Shown piece by piece: positions 34,961-43,103 of a DNA stretch of 64,000 nt. A program made the position numbers and the translations under genes. The notes beneath the pieces were generated by a model. It had not been told where the DNA came from. It searched no databases and saw nothing but the letters and a program-made list of their open reading frames with translations. Every line of letters begins with the position of its first letter. Positions within the stretch are counted from its first letter, which is position 1. The stretch comes from Verrucomicrobiota bacterium (GTDB lineage: Bacteria; Verrucomicrobiota; Verrucomicrobiia; JABWAM01): positions 2,962-66,961 of the forward strand of contig JABDCI010000005.1 in the NCBI GenBank assembly GCA_013288215.1, in the 5' to 3' direction.

Positions 34961-35434
34961 ATGGAAACCATCCCCTTCTTGACCAAGGAAGACGTTGCCG
35001 CCCTCGACAGTCTTCTCATGCACTATCTTGAAAAAACGAGCGGTACGCTGACGCTTGTGATCGACAAAGGTGGGACCATCATTGCGCAGCAGGGCGAAAT
35101 AGAATCCATCGACATCGTCATTGTTTCCGCTCTCGCAGCAGGATCCTTCGCGGCGACCAAGGAATTGGCCCGCCGCATCGGTGAAAATGAATTCAGCGCT
35201 CTCTATCATCAGGGTGTAGACCGTCATATCTTCATGGCCGCGCTGGATGAGCACACCGTCATCGTGACGGTGTTTGGCGACCGCACCACGATAGGACTCG
35301 TACGCCTGTTTACGGTCAACGTCGCCGCCCAGCTTCGTACGCTGCTCAATCAGCTCCGGCAGCGCGACGGCCTCGAGCCGAAACTGGTTCTTGAAGAAGA
35401 TCTTCCCGTCGTCGGAGAGAATATTTTTGGCTAA
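34961..35434 (+). CDS. mglB: MglB-type Roadblock/LC7 protein (predicted MglA GAP)
   Basis: LVIDKGGTIIAQQG, IGENEF and TTIGLVRL match recalled MglB motifs (FLVDKNGQLIS, IGENEF, SLGLVRL). It starts 14 nt after mglA. Confidence 0.85.
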   Translation: METIPFLTKEDVAALDSLLMHYLEKTSGTLTLVIDKGGTIIAQQGEIESIDIVIVSALAAGSFAATKELARRIGENEFSALYHQGVDRHIFMAALDEHTVIVTVFGDRTTIGLVRLFTVNVAAQLRTLLNQLRQRDGLEPKLVLEEDLPVVGENIFG

Positions 35435-35494
35435 CCGCCGTTCCTTTGTTGCCACCAAAAGACGCCGGGCGGCTTGGCGCATTGTTTTGTTCGG

Positions 35495-36277
35495 TCATTT
35501 ACCTCTCTGCCAACCGTTCTTCTTCGAGGATAAACGTCTGTAAAGGAGCGCCAATCCCTTCAGGGTCAGGTGCGGATCGATTTTTTCGATCTCGGCAATT
35601 CCTGAGGCAATCAAGGAACTGTGCCCGCCTGTGGCGATGATGTGAACCTTTTTTCGTGTTTTGCCCTCAAGCTCACGTTTCACGGAGCTCAGGATCGTCC
35701 GGATGAGTCCTCGATAACCAATCACAGCGCCCGCACGCATCGCTTCCACCGTGCTTTTGCCGATCGCACGCCTTGGTTCTGACAATGAAATGTGGGGGAG
35801 GAGAGCCGTATGATCGTGAAGATAATTGGTGAGCACGCGCACGCCCGGGGCAATCACGCCCCCAAGGTAGTCGCCTCGTGCGGAGATGACGTCAAACGTC
35901 ACTGCCGTTCCAAAATCCACGACAATGGCAGGCGTGCGATAAAGAGCCGCCGCCGCGACGGCATTGACGAGGCGGTCGGCGCCAATTGATTTTGGATTCG
36001 GGTAGCGAATGCCGATTCCAAGATCAAGTTTGGATGAAACGACGATGGGGTGAGACACGCCGGCTTTTTTGAGCAACCGGCGCAAGGGTAAAAGTGCGTG
36101 GGGCACGACAGAAGCAATGATCGCTCCTTCGGCCTGTTTTACGAAGGGGAGTTTTGATTTCGATCGAAGGATGTTCGCGGTCAACATTTCGACTTCCCGG
36201 ACGATTCCTTTTGATCCGACGAGTCCCACTTTTGTGGACGTGTTTCCAACGTCGATGACGAGAAATTGGGCCATCAT
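35495..36277 (-). CDS. coaX: Type III pantothenate kinase
   Basis: It shows FLVIDVGNTSTKVGL, VVDFGTAVTFD and IATGG. There is a 4-nt overlap with birA upstream. Confidence 0.9.
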   Translation of the reverse strand: MMAQFLVIDVGNTSTKVGLVGSKGIVREVEMLTANILRSKSKLPFVKQAEGAIIASVVPHALLPLRRLLKKAGVSHPIVVSSKLDLGIGIRYPNPKSIGADRLVNAVAAAALYRTPAIVVDFGTAVTFDVISARGDYLGGVIAPGVRVLTNYLHDHTALLPHISLSEPRRAIGKSTVEAMRAGAVIGYRGLIRTILSSVKRELEGKTRKKVHIIATGGHSSLIASGIAEIEKIDPHLTLKGLALLYRRLSSKKNGWQRGK

Positions 36278-37311
36278 TTCATTTTCTCCATGGTCACGTC
36301 GCCTGCAATGACTTTCTCGATCTGACCCGAGTCTGTTCTGACAAGCAGGGCACCATCGGTGTCCAGGCTGAGAGCCAGCCCGCGCAGCGGCGGCTTGCCG
36401 GCTGAGTGAACGCAGACCTGTGTCCCCACGGTTTCATCGAGCTCGCTCCATGCGTCGAGCAGCTTTGGAAAATCTGCGTCGTTCACGCTTGGACTCCATC
36501 TCTCCAGCTCGGACAATAGATCGGCGCAAAGGGAAGGACGATGAAAACTCCGCCCGGCTTCCAGCTTCAAGGAGGTGGCGACCTCGCGAAGTTCCACGGG
36601 GAAATCATTTTCTTCGAGATGGACGTTGATACCAATCCCGATGGCGACGGACTGAATCCGGCCGCTGTTCGCCGAGAGGTCAATTAGGATGCCGGCAAGT
36701 TTTTTGCCTTGGCAGAGGATGTCGTTCGGCCACTTGATTCGAAGCGGAAGACGCGTCATGCGCCGTAGCGATTGAGCCACGGCCACGGCGGTCATCACCG
36801 TGACGCGCGGCATGGAATGCATGGGCAGGGTGGGCCGCAGCAGAATGGTAAACCAGAGCCCCTTGCCAGCCGGAGAAATCCAGGAACGCGCGTGACGGCC
36901 CCGTCCTGCGGTTTGCGACTCCGCGAAGACCACAAGCCCTTCCGGATGGCCTTGAGAGCTGAGCTTTTGAACCACATCATTCGTGGATTCTGTTTTTTGA
37001 AAGACCACGATACGGTTCCCGATCAGAAAGGATTCGGATGGGTGAACTGCTCTCAACCGGGCGTGAAGATCATCGGGAATGAGCGAATCGGGGCTTTCCA
37101 TGAGACGATGGCCGCGTTGGGGGTGTTTTTCGATCACAAAGCCGAGTTCGCGCAGATCATCGAACGATTTGGCCAACTCTTTCTGCGGAATGTGATGCGT
37201 GTGGAGAAAACGCTCCTCCAACACGCCGGATCCCGAGCGATGGAGTTCAAACAGGATTTTTTCTTCGTTTGTCACCATCGATTTCGCGGGGAAGTTAAAG
37301 GTGGCGCTCAA
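36274..37311 (-). CDS. birA: Biotin-[acetyl-CoA-carboxylase] ligase with an N-terminal HTH (BirA)
   Basis: It shows QTAGRGRHARSWISPAGKGLWFT, KWPNDI and GIGINV. The start is uncertain: 37311 overlaps cbiX, and an alternative ATG lies at 37278. Confidence 0.85.
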   Translation of the reverse strand: MSATFNFPAKSMVTNEEKILFELHRSGSGVLEERFLHTHHIPQKELAKSFDDLRELGFVIEKHPQRGHRLMESPDSLIPDDLHARLRAVHPSESFLIGNRIVVFQKTESTNDVVQKLSSQGHPEGLVVFAESQTAGRGRHARSWISPAGKGLWFTILLRPTLPMHSMPRVTVMTAVAVAQSLRRMTRLPLRIKWPNDILCQGKKLAGILIDLSANSGRIQSVAIGIGINVHLEENDFPVELREVATSLKLEAGRSFHRPSLCADLLSELERWSPSVNDADFPKLLDAWSELDETVGTQVCVHSAGKPPLRGLALSLDTDGALLVRTDSGQIEKVIAGDVTMEKMK

Positions 37312-38104
37312 GGTCGCGGCACCGGTCGAGGATCACGTCCGCCATGGAAGGTTCCGATCCGATCGCATGAGCATACCAGAGCCACTGGGGGCCACACGGA
37401 AATTTCGATCCGATCGCAACGGGATTTTGCCAGGTTTCGCCCTGCTTTGCGAAGCCTATGTTCACGGGCACATCGTGGCGCGAATGCAAGCCGTCACTGA
37501 TGAAAAACGGCACTACGACGACAAAGGGGGTTCGCACCCGGGAAAGCACATCACGATCGAAAGGCGCCTGTTCCATGAACGCCGGCAGGACCGCGGCGAA
37601 AGAGGCTTCTTTCTCAAGGAGCGAGATTTGTTGAAGGAGAGCTTCCCCAGATTGTTCATTTTTGGTCGTTCCATGCCCCACGAGAACCAGGGTGACTTCC
37701 CGATGGGCGGGGATGCGTCCGTGGATGGGGCTGAGGATGTTTTCCGCCGCATGACGAAGTGAGCGGGTCATGGAGGGATGGGTGCCAACGGGAGCGCCAT
37801 ACACAATCCTGCGCGAGTCGCGGACCGTCACCGTGCCGGTAAGCTGCAGTTCACGTGGAATGACTTGCTGGGTGAAGTAACCGTCGCTCATGAAAAATGG
37901 AATGACGAAAACATCGTCGCTGACGACGAGTTGGAGCGCTTGCCGCCAATGCGGGTCCTCTCTCCAGAAGGAGGCGACGACTTCTTGGAAGATCTGACGC
38001 CGGCGAATGAACTCCGCATGGATGTAAGCGGGGCGGCTCGAATCGGGATTGCTCTTGGCGCCATGCGCGAGCAGAAGCAGCGCGCGGGAACGCGACGAAG
38101 TCAT
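37295..38104 (-). CDS. cbiX: CbiX-type (sirohydrochlorin) cobalto/ferrochelatase, two-domain form
   Basis: It contains two CbiX-like repeats, LLLAHGAKS... and LVLVGHGTTKNEQSGE...VVPFFISDGLH. Confidence 0.7.
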   Translation of the reverse strand: MTSSRSRALLLLAHGAKSNPDSSRPAYIHAEFIRRRQIFQEVVASFWREDPHWRQALQLVVSDDVFVIPFFMSDGYFTQQVIPRELQLTGTVTVRDSRRIVYGAPVGTHPSMTRSLRHAAENILSPIHGRIPAHREVTLVLVGHGTTKNEQSGEALLQQISLLEKEASFAAVLPAFMEQAPFDRDVLSRVRTPFVVVVPFFISDGLHSRHDVPVNIGFAKQGETWQNPVAIGSKFPCGPQWLWYAHAIGSEPSMADVILDRCRDLERHL

Positions 38105-38466
38105 GATGCGGACTCGATTTTCGAATCGCGTTGCTCAATGAACTTCCAGAACTTGGCGGTTTCCTCAAATTCCTCGTCGTTCTGGACGTCGAGATTGGAG
38201 CGGACAAAAAAATCCCGCAAGGTATTGCGATGCAAGACGTGGTGGACGACGAGTTGATCCGCCTGTTTTTCGAAGTAGATGCGGTAATCCTTGAACCGGC
38301 AGCGATAGATGGTGCGATTGCTCTTTCGGATTTCACCGACTCCCTTCAATCCCTCAAACTTTTCCCGGCGAAGACGCGAAAACTCCGAGACAACTTCAAG
38401 CTGTTCGAGCTTGCCGAGTTGGGAGAGCTCGGTCGCGGCGCTGTCGCTGAGCACAATTTGATGCAT
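38101..38466 (-). CDS. RelE/ParE-fold protein with an acidic C-terminal extension and no adjacent antitoxin
   Basis: From the ATG at 38466 it reads MHQIVLSDSAATELSQL...TIYRCRFKDYRIYFEKQADQLVVHHVLHRN. This fits the RelE/ParE pattern (yRlRvGdYRviY..d...l.v..i.hR). The longest ORF start at 38568 would overlap fbaB by 47 nt. There is a 4-nt overlap with cbiX downstream. Confidence 0.55.
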   Translation of the reverse strand: MHQIVLSDSAATELSQLGKLEQLEVVSEFSRLRREKFEGLKGVGEIRKSNRTIYRCRFKDYRIYFEKQADQLVVHHVLHRNTLRDFFVRSNLDVQNDEEFEETAKFWKFIEQRDSKIESAS

Positions 38467-38521
38467 CTGCACAGAGGCATTTTCTTTGAAACTTCCCGCG
38501 TCAAGAAGGGGAGGGAAAGGA

Positions 38522-39577
38522 TCAGGCAACGGCGATCTCCTTTGCGAGATAGACGTCTTGGATGGCATTCAGAAGTTTTACGCCTTCATTCATGGGTTTT
38601 TGGAAGGCTTTGCGGCCGGAGATAAGCCCCGATCCGCCAGCGATCTTGTTGATCACGGCTGTTTTTACGGCTTCCTTCATGTCGTTTTCGCCGGAAGCTC
38701 CACCCGAATTGATGAGTCCCATGCGGCCTGAATAACAGTTGAGGACCTGGTAGCGGCAGAGATCGACGGGATGGTCGCTGGTGAGCTCGGAATAGACGCG
38801 TTTATCAGTCTTTCCGTAACTCTTTCCGACGGCCATGTAACCGCCATTGTTTTCAGGGAGCTTCTGCTTGATGATGTCGGCCTGGATCGTGACGCCGAGA
38901 TGGTTGGCCTGGCCGGTGAGGTCGGCGGAAACATGGTAATCCTTGTCTTTCTTGAATTCTGGATTGCGGATATAGCACCAGAGGATGGTGGCCATGCCGA
39001 GCTGATGGGCTTCCTCGAACATCCTCGCCACCTCCACGATCTGACGGCCACTTTCCGCAGAGCCGAAATAAATCGTTGCGCCCACGGCGACTGCGCCCAT
39101 TTCATAGGCGGAACGGATCGTGCCGAAGGGAATCTGGTCGAACTTGTTCGGGCAGGTCATCAGTTCGTTGTGATTGAACTTCACAATAAAAGGAATCTTA
39201 TGCGCGTATTTGCGCGCGACGGAAGCAAGCACTCCGTAAGTCGAGGCCACGGCATTACAACCGCCTTCGATCGCAAGTTTCACGATGTTTTCACCATCGA
39301 AATAGATTGGGTTGGGTGCGAAGGAAGCGCCTGCGCTATGCTCAATGCCTTGGTCGACGGGCAGGATGCTCAGGTAGCCGGTATTCGCAAGGCGGCCCGC
39401 ACCATAAAGTTGCTGCAGGTTGCGGATAACGGGGATGGAACGGTTCGAAGGACCGTAGATACGGTCGACGACATCGGAACTCGGAATATGAAGGGAAGAC
39501 TTGGGAACCTTGGGTTTGACGGAAACGAGTTGGTCGTATTCGGCACCAAGGAGCGATTGGATTTCTTTGGAAGTCAT
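38522..39577 (-). CDS. fbaB: Class I fructose-bisphosphate aldolase (FbaB/DhnA type)
   Basis: 351 aa. It shows [15 protein letters not shown] and IIKQKLP, with overall similarity to E. coli FbaB-type aldolases as recalled. Confidence 0.8.
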   Translation of the reverse strand: MTSKEIQSLLGAEYDQLVSVKPKVPKSSLHIPSSDVVDRIYGPSNRSIPVIRNLQQLYGAGRLANTGYLSILPVDQGIEHSAGASFAPNPIYFDGENIVKLAIEGGCNAVASTYGVLASVARKYAHKIPFIVKFNHNELMTCPNKFDQIPFGTIRSAYEMGAVAVGATIYFGSAESGRQIVEVARMFEEAHQLGMATILWCYIRNPEFKKDKDYHVSADLTGQANHLGVTIQADIIKQKLPENNGGYMAVGKSYGKTDKRVYSELTSDHPVDLCRYQVLNCYSGRMGLINSGGASGENDMKEAVKTAVINKIAGGSGLISGRKAFQKPMNEGVKLLNAIQDVYLAKEIAVA

Positions 39578-39731
39578 AAAGTGGCTCGAATGAATTTGGA
39601 TGTGAAGCCAACCATGCTACGGCGTTTATTGGATGAATTCAAGCCTTGGTGGAACTTGATTGATATCGATAGTTTGCAATGATAAGCTGATCGACTCATT
39701 TTGACCACCGTCGCTGCCCGGACCTCATCAC

Positions 39732-41159
39732 TCAGCTGGCGCTGAACTCGCGTTTGATGCCGAATTTTTCAACACGCTTGCGCAGCGTGGCGCGGGTGAT
39801 GCCCAGCATGTTTGCGGCCTGAACCTGGTTGCCGTGAGTCTTTGAAAGCGCGCGTGTGATGAGCATCCGTTCGCACCAGGGAAGGAGTTTAAGCTTCGGA
39901 TCGCGACGCGCTTCCTCGAAAAGCATGTCAAGCGCATCGTCGAGAGGATGTTCCGAGGGTGCGGCGAGTGAGGGAGCGGGAGGCTTGTCGGAGGGAGCGG
40001 CGTCTTGAAAAAGGTCCTTGGATGTAATCGTGTTGGCTTTACACACCACGAAAGCGCGTTCGATGATATTTTGGAGCTCGCGCACGTTGCCGGGCCAGCG
40101 ATGGGCGGCGATTGCGTCGAGAACGTCGCGTGTGATCGAAGGAGGAGGGGATCCTTTGCGTTTGGAAAGCCGCTTGAGAAAATATTCAACGAGCAGGGGA
40201 ATATCCTCCGTTCTTTCACGCAACGGCGGCAGATGGATGCGAACGACATTGAGGCGATAGTAGAGGTCTTCTCGAAACGTTTTTGCCGCGACACTTTTTT
40301 CGAGCTCCTGATTTGTCGCGGCGATGAAACGAACGTTGACCTGGATGGTCTGGTTGGAACCGAGCCGGACAAGTTCCCCCTCCTGAAGCACGCGCAGCAG
40401 TTTGGCCTGGGTGGCCATCGGCATTTCACCAATTTCGTCGAGGAAAAGCGTGCCTTTGTCGCATTGTTCGAACTTTCCGATGCGGCGCTCCGTGGCACCC
40501 GTGAAAGCACCTTTTTCATGGCCGAAGAGTTCGCTTTCGAGCAGATTTTCCGGAATGGCGGCGCAGTTGATGGCAAGGAACGGCTGATTTGTCCGCAAGC
40601 TATGTTGGACAATGGCGCGCGCGACGAGTTCTTTGCCGGTGCCGGTCTCGCCGGTAATCATGACTGGAACGTCGCTGCCGGAGACTTGACCGATGAGTTT
40701 GTAAACCTTCTGCATCGCCTCGGTTTTGCCAATGATGCCTTCGTCATATTCCTCGCTTTGCAGGAGCGGTTGGTAGGAAACTTTCTCCCGCATGTCGTGG
40801 GAGGCTTTCAGCGCCTGGTTGATAACCTGCTGCATGCGTTCGACATCGAAGGGTTTGATCAGATAATCGAAGGCGCCGTATTTCATCGCCTCGATGGCGG
40901 TTTGTGTCGTTCCGTGAGCGGTCATGATGATCACGGGCAGGTGAGCATACGACTGGCGGATCTGTTTCAGTGTCTCGAGTCCATCCATTCCCGCCATGCG
41001 CACATCCATCACGACGACGGAAGGCGACTGTTTTGCGATCACCTTGAGGCCTTCCTCTCCGCTGGAGGCGAAGAGAAGATTCCATCCCACGGTGCTGAAA
41101 TTGCGTTGGAAAGAATAGTGAATGTCTCCTTCGTCATCGATGACGAGAACGGTACTCAT
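39732..41159 (-). CDS. Sigma-54-dependent response regulator (NtrC/PilR family)
   Basis: The REC domain reads VLVIDDEGD...[13 protein letters not shown]...KP. The AAA+ domain has GETGTGKE and the GAFTGA motif. The C-terminal HTH is Fis-type ([17 protein letters not shown]). I chose the ATG at 41159 because the upstream gene ends at 41170. Confidence 0.9.
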   Translation of the reverse strand: MSTVLVIDDEGDIHYSFQRNFSTVGWNLLFASSGEEGLKVIAKQSPSVVVMDVRMAGMDGLETLKQIRQSYAHLPVIIMTAHGTTQTAIEAMKYGAFDYLIKPFDVERMQQVINQALKASHDMREKVSYQPLLQSEEYDEGIIGKTEAMQKVYKLIGQVSGSDVPVMITGETGTGKELVARAIVQHSLRTNQPFLAINCAAIPENLLESELFGHEKGAFTGATERRIGKFEQCDKGTLFLDEIGEMPMATQAKLLRVLQEGELVRLGSNQTIQVNVRFIAATNQELEKSVAAKTFREDLYYRLNVVRIHLPPLRERTEDIPLLVEYFLKRLSKRKGSPPPSITRDVLDAIAAHRWPGNVRELQNIIERAFVVCKANTITSKDLFQDAAPSDKPPAPSLAAPSEHPLDDALDMLFEEARRDPKLKLLPWCERMLITRALSKTHGNQVQAANMLGITRATLRKRVEKFGIKREFSAS

Positions 41160-41169
41160 AAAACGGACA

Positions 41170-42132
41170 TCATACTGGCTTGGAACGGGAATGGGAAGCA
41201 TCGCTTCGCAGGTAACGCTCGCAGAGTTGGAGCATATCGATCGGGATCGGCGCTTCGCAGGAAACTTCCGTTTGATGGATCGGATGTTGGAATTTCAACT
41301 TCCAAGCATGGAGCATCTGCCGGCCATGTTGAGCCGGCCGAGGGTTCCCATAGGCCTTGTCGCCCACGATGGGATGCTTCATCGATGCCAAATGAACTCG
41401 GATTTGGTGCGTGCGTCCCGTGTGGAGATGGCATTCCAGAAGCGCATAGGATTCTCCCCGTTGCCTTACGATCCATGTGGTAAGAGCAGGACGTCCTCTT
41501 TCTGTAATGGCCATTTTACTCCGATGAACGGGGTGGCGTCCGATTGGTTGGTTAATACGTCCCGAGGGCATGCGCGGCGCCCCCCAAACGAGGGCGAGAT
41601 AGCGTTTTTCGACTGAGCGCGATTGGAATTGCTCCGCCAGCCGGCGGTGGGTGAGATCGTTTTTCGCGACGACAAGGCATCCACTCGTATCCTTGTCAAG
41701 CCGGTGAACGATTCCTGGACGTTCCACGCCCCCGATGCCGCTGAGCTCTCCGCGACAGTGATGGAGAAGAGCGTTGACGAGCGTGTGTTCCGCATTTCCG
41801 GCACCGGAATGCACCACTAGGCCCGGCGGCTTGTTGAGAACAAGAAGATGTTCATCCTCAAACAAAACATCGAGAGGAATATCCTCTGCAGTTGGAGACG
41901 CCGGCTTGGGATCCGGAAAGGTGACGTGGATGGTGTCGCCAAGACGGACCTGCGATTTGGGATCAGCAGGGGCTTCTCGGAGCAGGACATGACCTTCCCG
42001 AATAAGCCTTTGAAGCATGGAACGGGAGTGCATCGGGAACCGGTTCAAAAGGCAGCGATCGAGCCGGTCCCACGCCATTTCCGCTTGAAAAGTTGTCAAA
42101 GTCCTTGATGCGTAACATAAAAGGGATTGCAC
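41170..42132 (-). CDS. rluD: RluA/RluD-family 23S rRNA pseudouridine synthase
   Basis: It has an S4-like N-terminus, HRLDKDTSGCLVVAKN, and HTGRTHQIRVHL. Confidence 0.88.
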   Translation of the reverse strand: MQSLLCYASRTLTTFQAEMAWDRLDRCLLNRFPMHSRSMLQRLIREGHVLLREAPADPKSQVRLGDTIHVTFPDPKPASPTAEDIPLDVLFEDEHLLVLNKPPGLVVHSGAGNAEHTLVNALLHHCRGELSGIGGVERPGIVHRLDKDTSGCLVVAKNDLTHRRLAEQFQSRSVEKRYLALVWGAPRMPSGRINQPIGRHPVHRSKMAITERGRPALTTWIVRQRGESYALLECHLHTGRTHQIRVHLASMKHPIVGDKAYGNPRPAQHGRQMLHAWKLKFQHPIHQTEVSCEAPIPIDMLQLCERYLRSDASHSRSKPV

Positions 42133-42218
42133 GCCAATATTAAAAACTCATTGACAAATCATTTAAAAAGCTGGGCAACGCGCTGTTTTCCCCCCAGTGC
42201 GAACCAAGGTTGGACGGC

Positions 42219-43022
42219 TCACGCTCGAGCTTCTCTGGTTTCCGCGCGCAGCGAGGCGATGCGAGCTTTGGCGGCACGCCTTGCCGCGCGTGCCATGGCG
42301 AGCCATGCCACGACAAAAATGAGAGCTGAAACAACCTGTGCCAGAGTAAAGTGCCGCAAGATGTCGTGGGGCACATCTCCCCGCCAGAACTCCACGAAAA
42401 AACGGAGCATCGAGTAAAGAATGCAATAGGACCAGGCGACCTGGCCCGGATAGCGCGCGATCCGTTCGATCACGATCAGCGTCAAGACGATGTCGAGCAA
42501 GCCAACGAATTCATAGATTTGCGTGGGATGAATGGGCATGCCTGCCACTTCTGGGGGAGCTTCCGGACGCACGGCCCAAAAGTAATCACACGGTTTCCCA
42601 TAGCAACAGCCGTTCATGAAGCAACCCAGCCTTCCAAAAGCTTGCCCCAGCGCGAGCGAAGGCGACAGTGCGTCGGCGACCTGAGCGAGGGGTTTTTTCT
42701 GATATTTCGTCCAGATCACAAGGGTCGCGCAAGCAGCAAGGAATCCTCCGAAAAACACGAGGCCGCCATGTTGAATCATGACGATTTCCCGGAGATTGTC
42801 GGCAAAGAAGGAATTCCAATTCCAAATGACGAAATAGACGCGCGCTCCCGCCACACCGCTGAAAAAAAGAAGAAAGAGCAGATTGGACGCTTGCGGTTCG
42901 GACAATCCGAGTCGGAGCGCCCGTTTCTTGAACAAATGGTAGGCGGCCATTAATCCGATGGCGATGAGAACTCCGTACCAGCGCAGCACGAAAAATCCGA
43001 AATCATGGATGATAGGATGCAT
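42219..43022 (-). CDS. lgt: Prolipoprotein diacylglyceryl transferase
   Basis: It shows LRWYGVLIAIG, GRLGCFMNGCCYG and HPTQIYE. Length is 267 aa and it is multi-TM. Confidence 0.9.
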   Translation of the reverse strand: MHPIIHDFGFFVLRWYGVLIAIGLMAAYHLFKKRALRLGLSEPQASNLLFLLFFSGVAGARVYFVIWNWNSFFADNLREIVMIQHGGLVFFGGFLAACATLVIWTKYQKKPLAQVADALSPSLALGQAFGRLGCFMNGCCYGKPCDYFWAVRPEAPPEVAGMPIHPTQIYEFVGLLDIVLTLIVIERIARYPGQVAWSYCILYSMLRFFVEFWRGDVPHDILRHFTLAQVVSALIFVVAWLAMARAARRAAKARIASLRAETREARA

Positions 43023-43103
43023 GGGAAATTCAGGTTAGCTGACGCCCCGGATTGTGGCAATATCGTGGTCAGGTCAAAATAAACCTGCTACAAATTCCGA
43101 GAG

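Noticed and set aside
34248-35482. Minus-strand ORFs 34248-34742 and 34871-35482
   Set aside because: They are antisense to mglA and mglB, both of which match recalled Myxococcus sequences closely.
40005-41483. 492-aa plus-strand ORF and 294-aa minus-strand out-of-frame ORF (39728-40612)
   Set aside because: Both overlap the NtrC-family regulator, whose frame carries the REC, GAFTGA and HTH motifs. The alternatives have no motifs.
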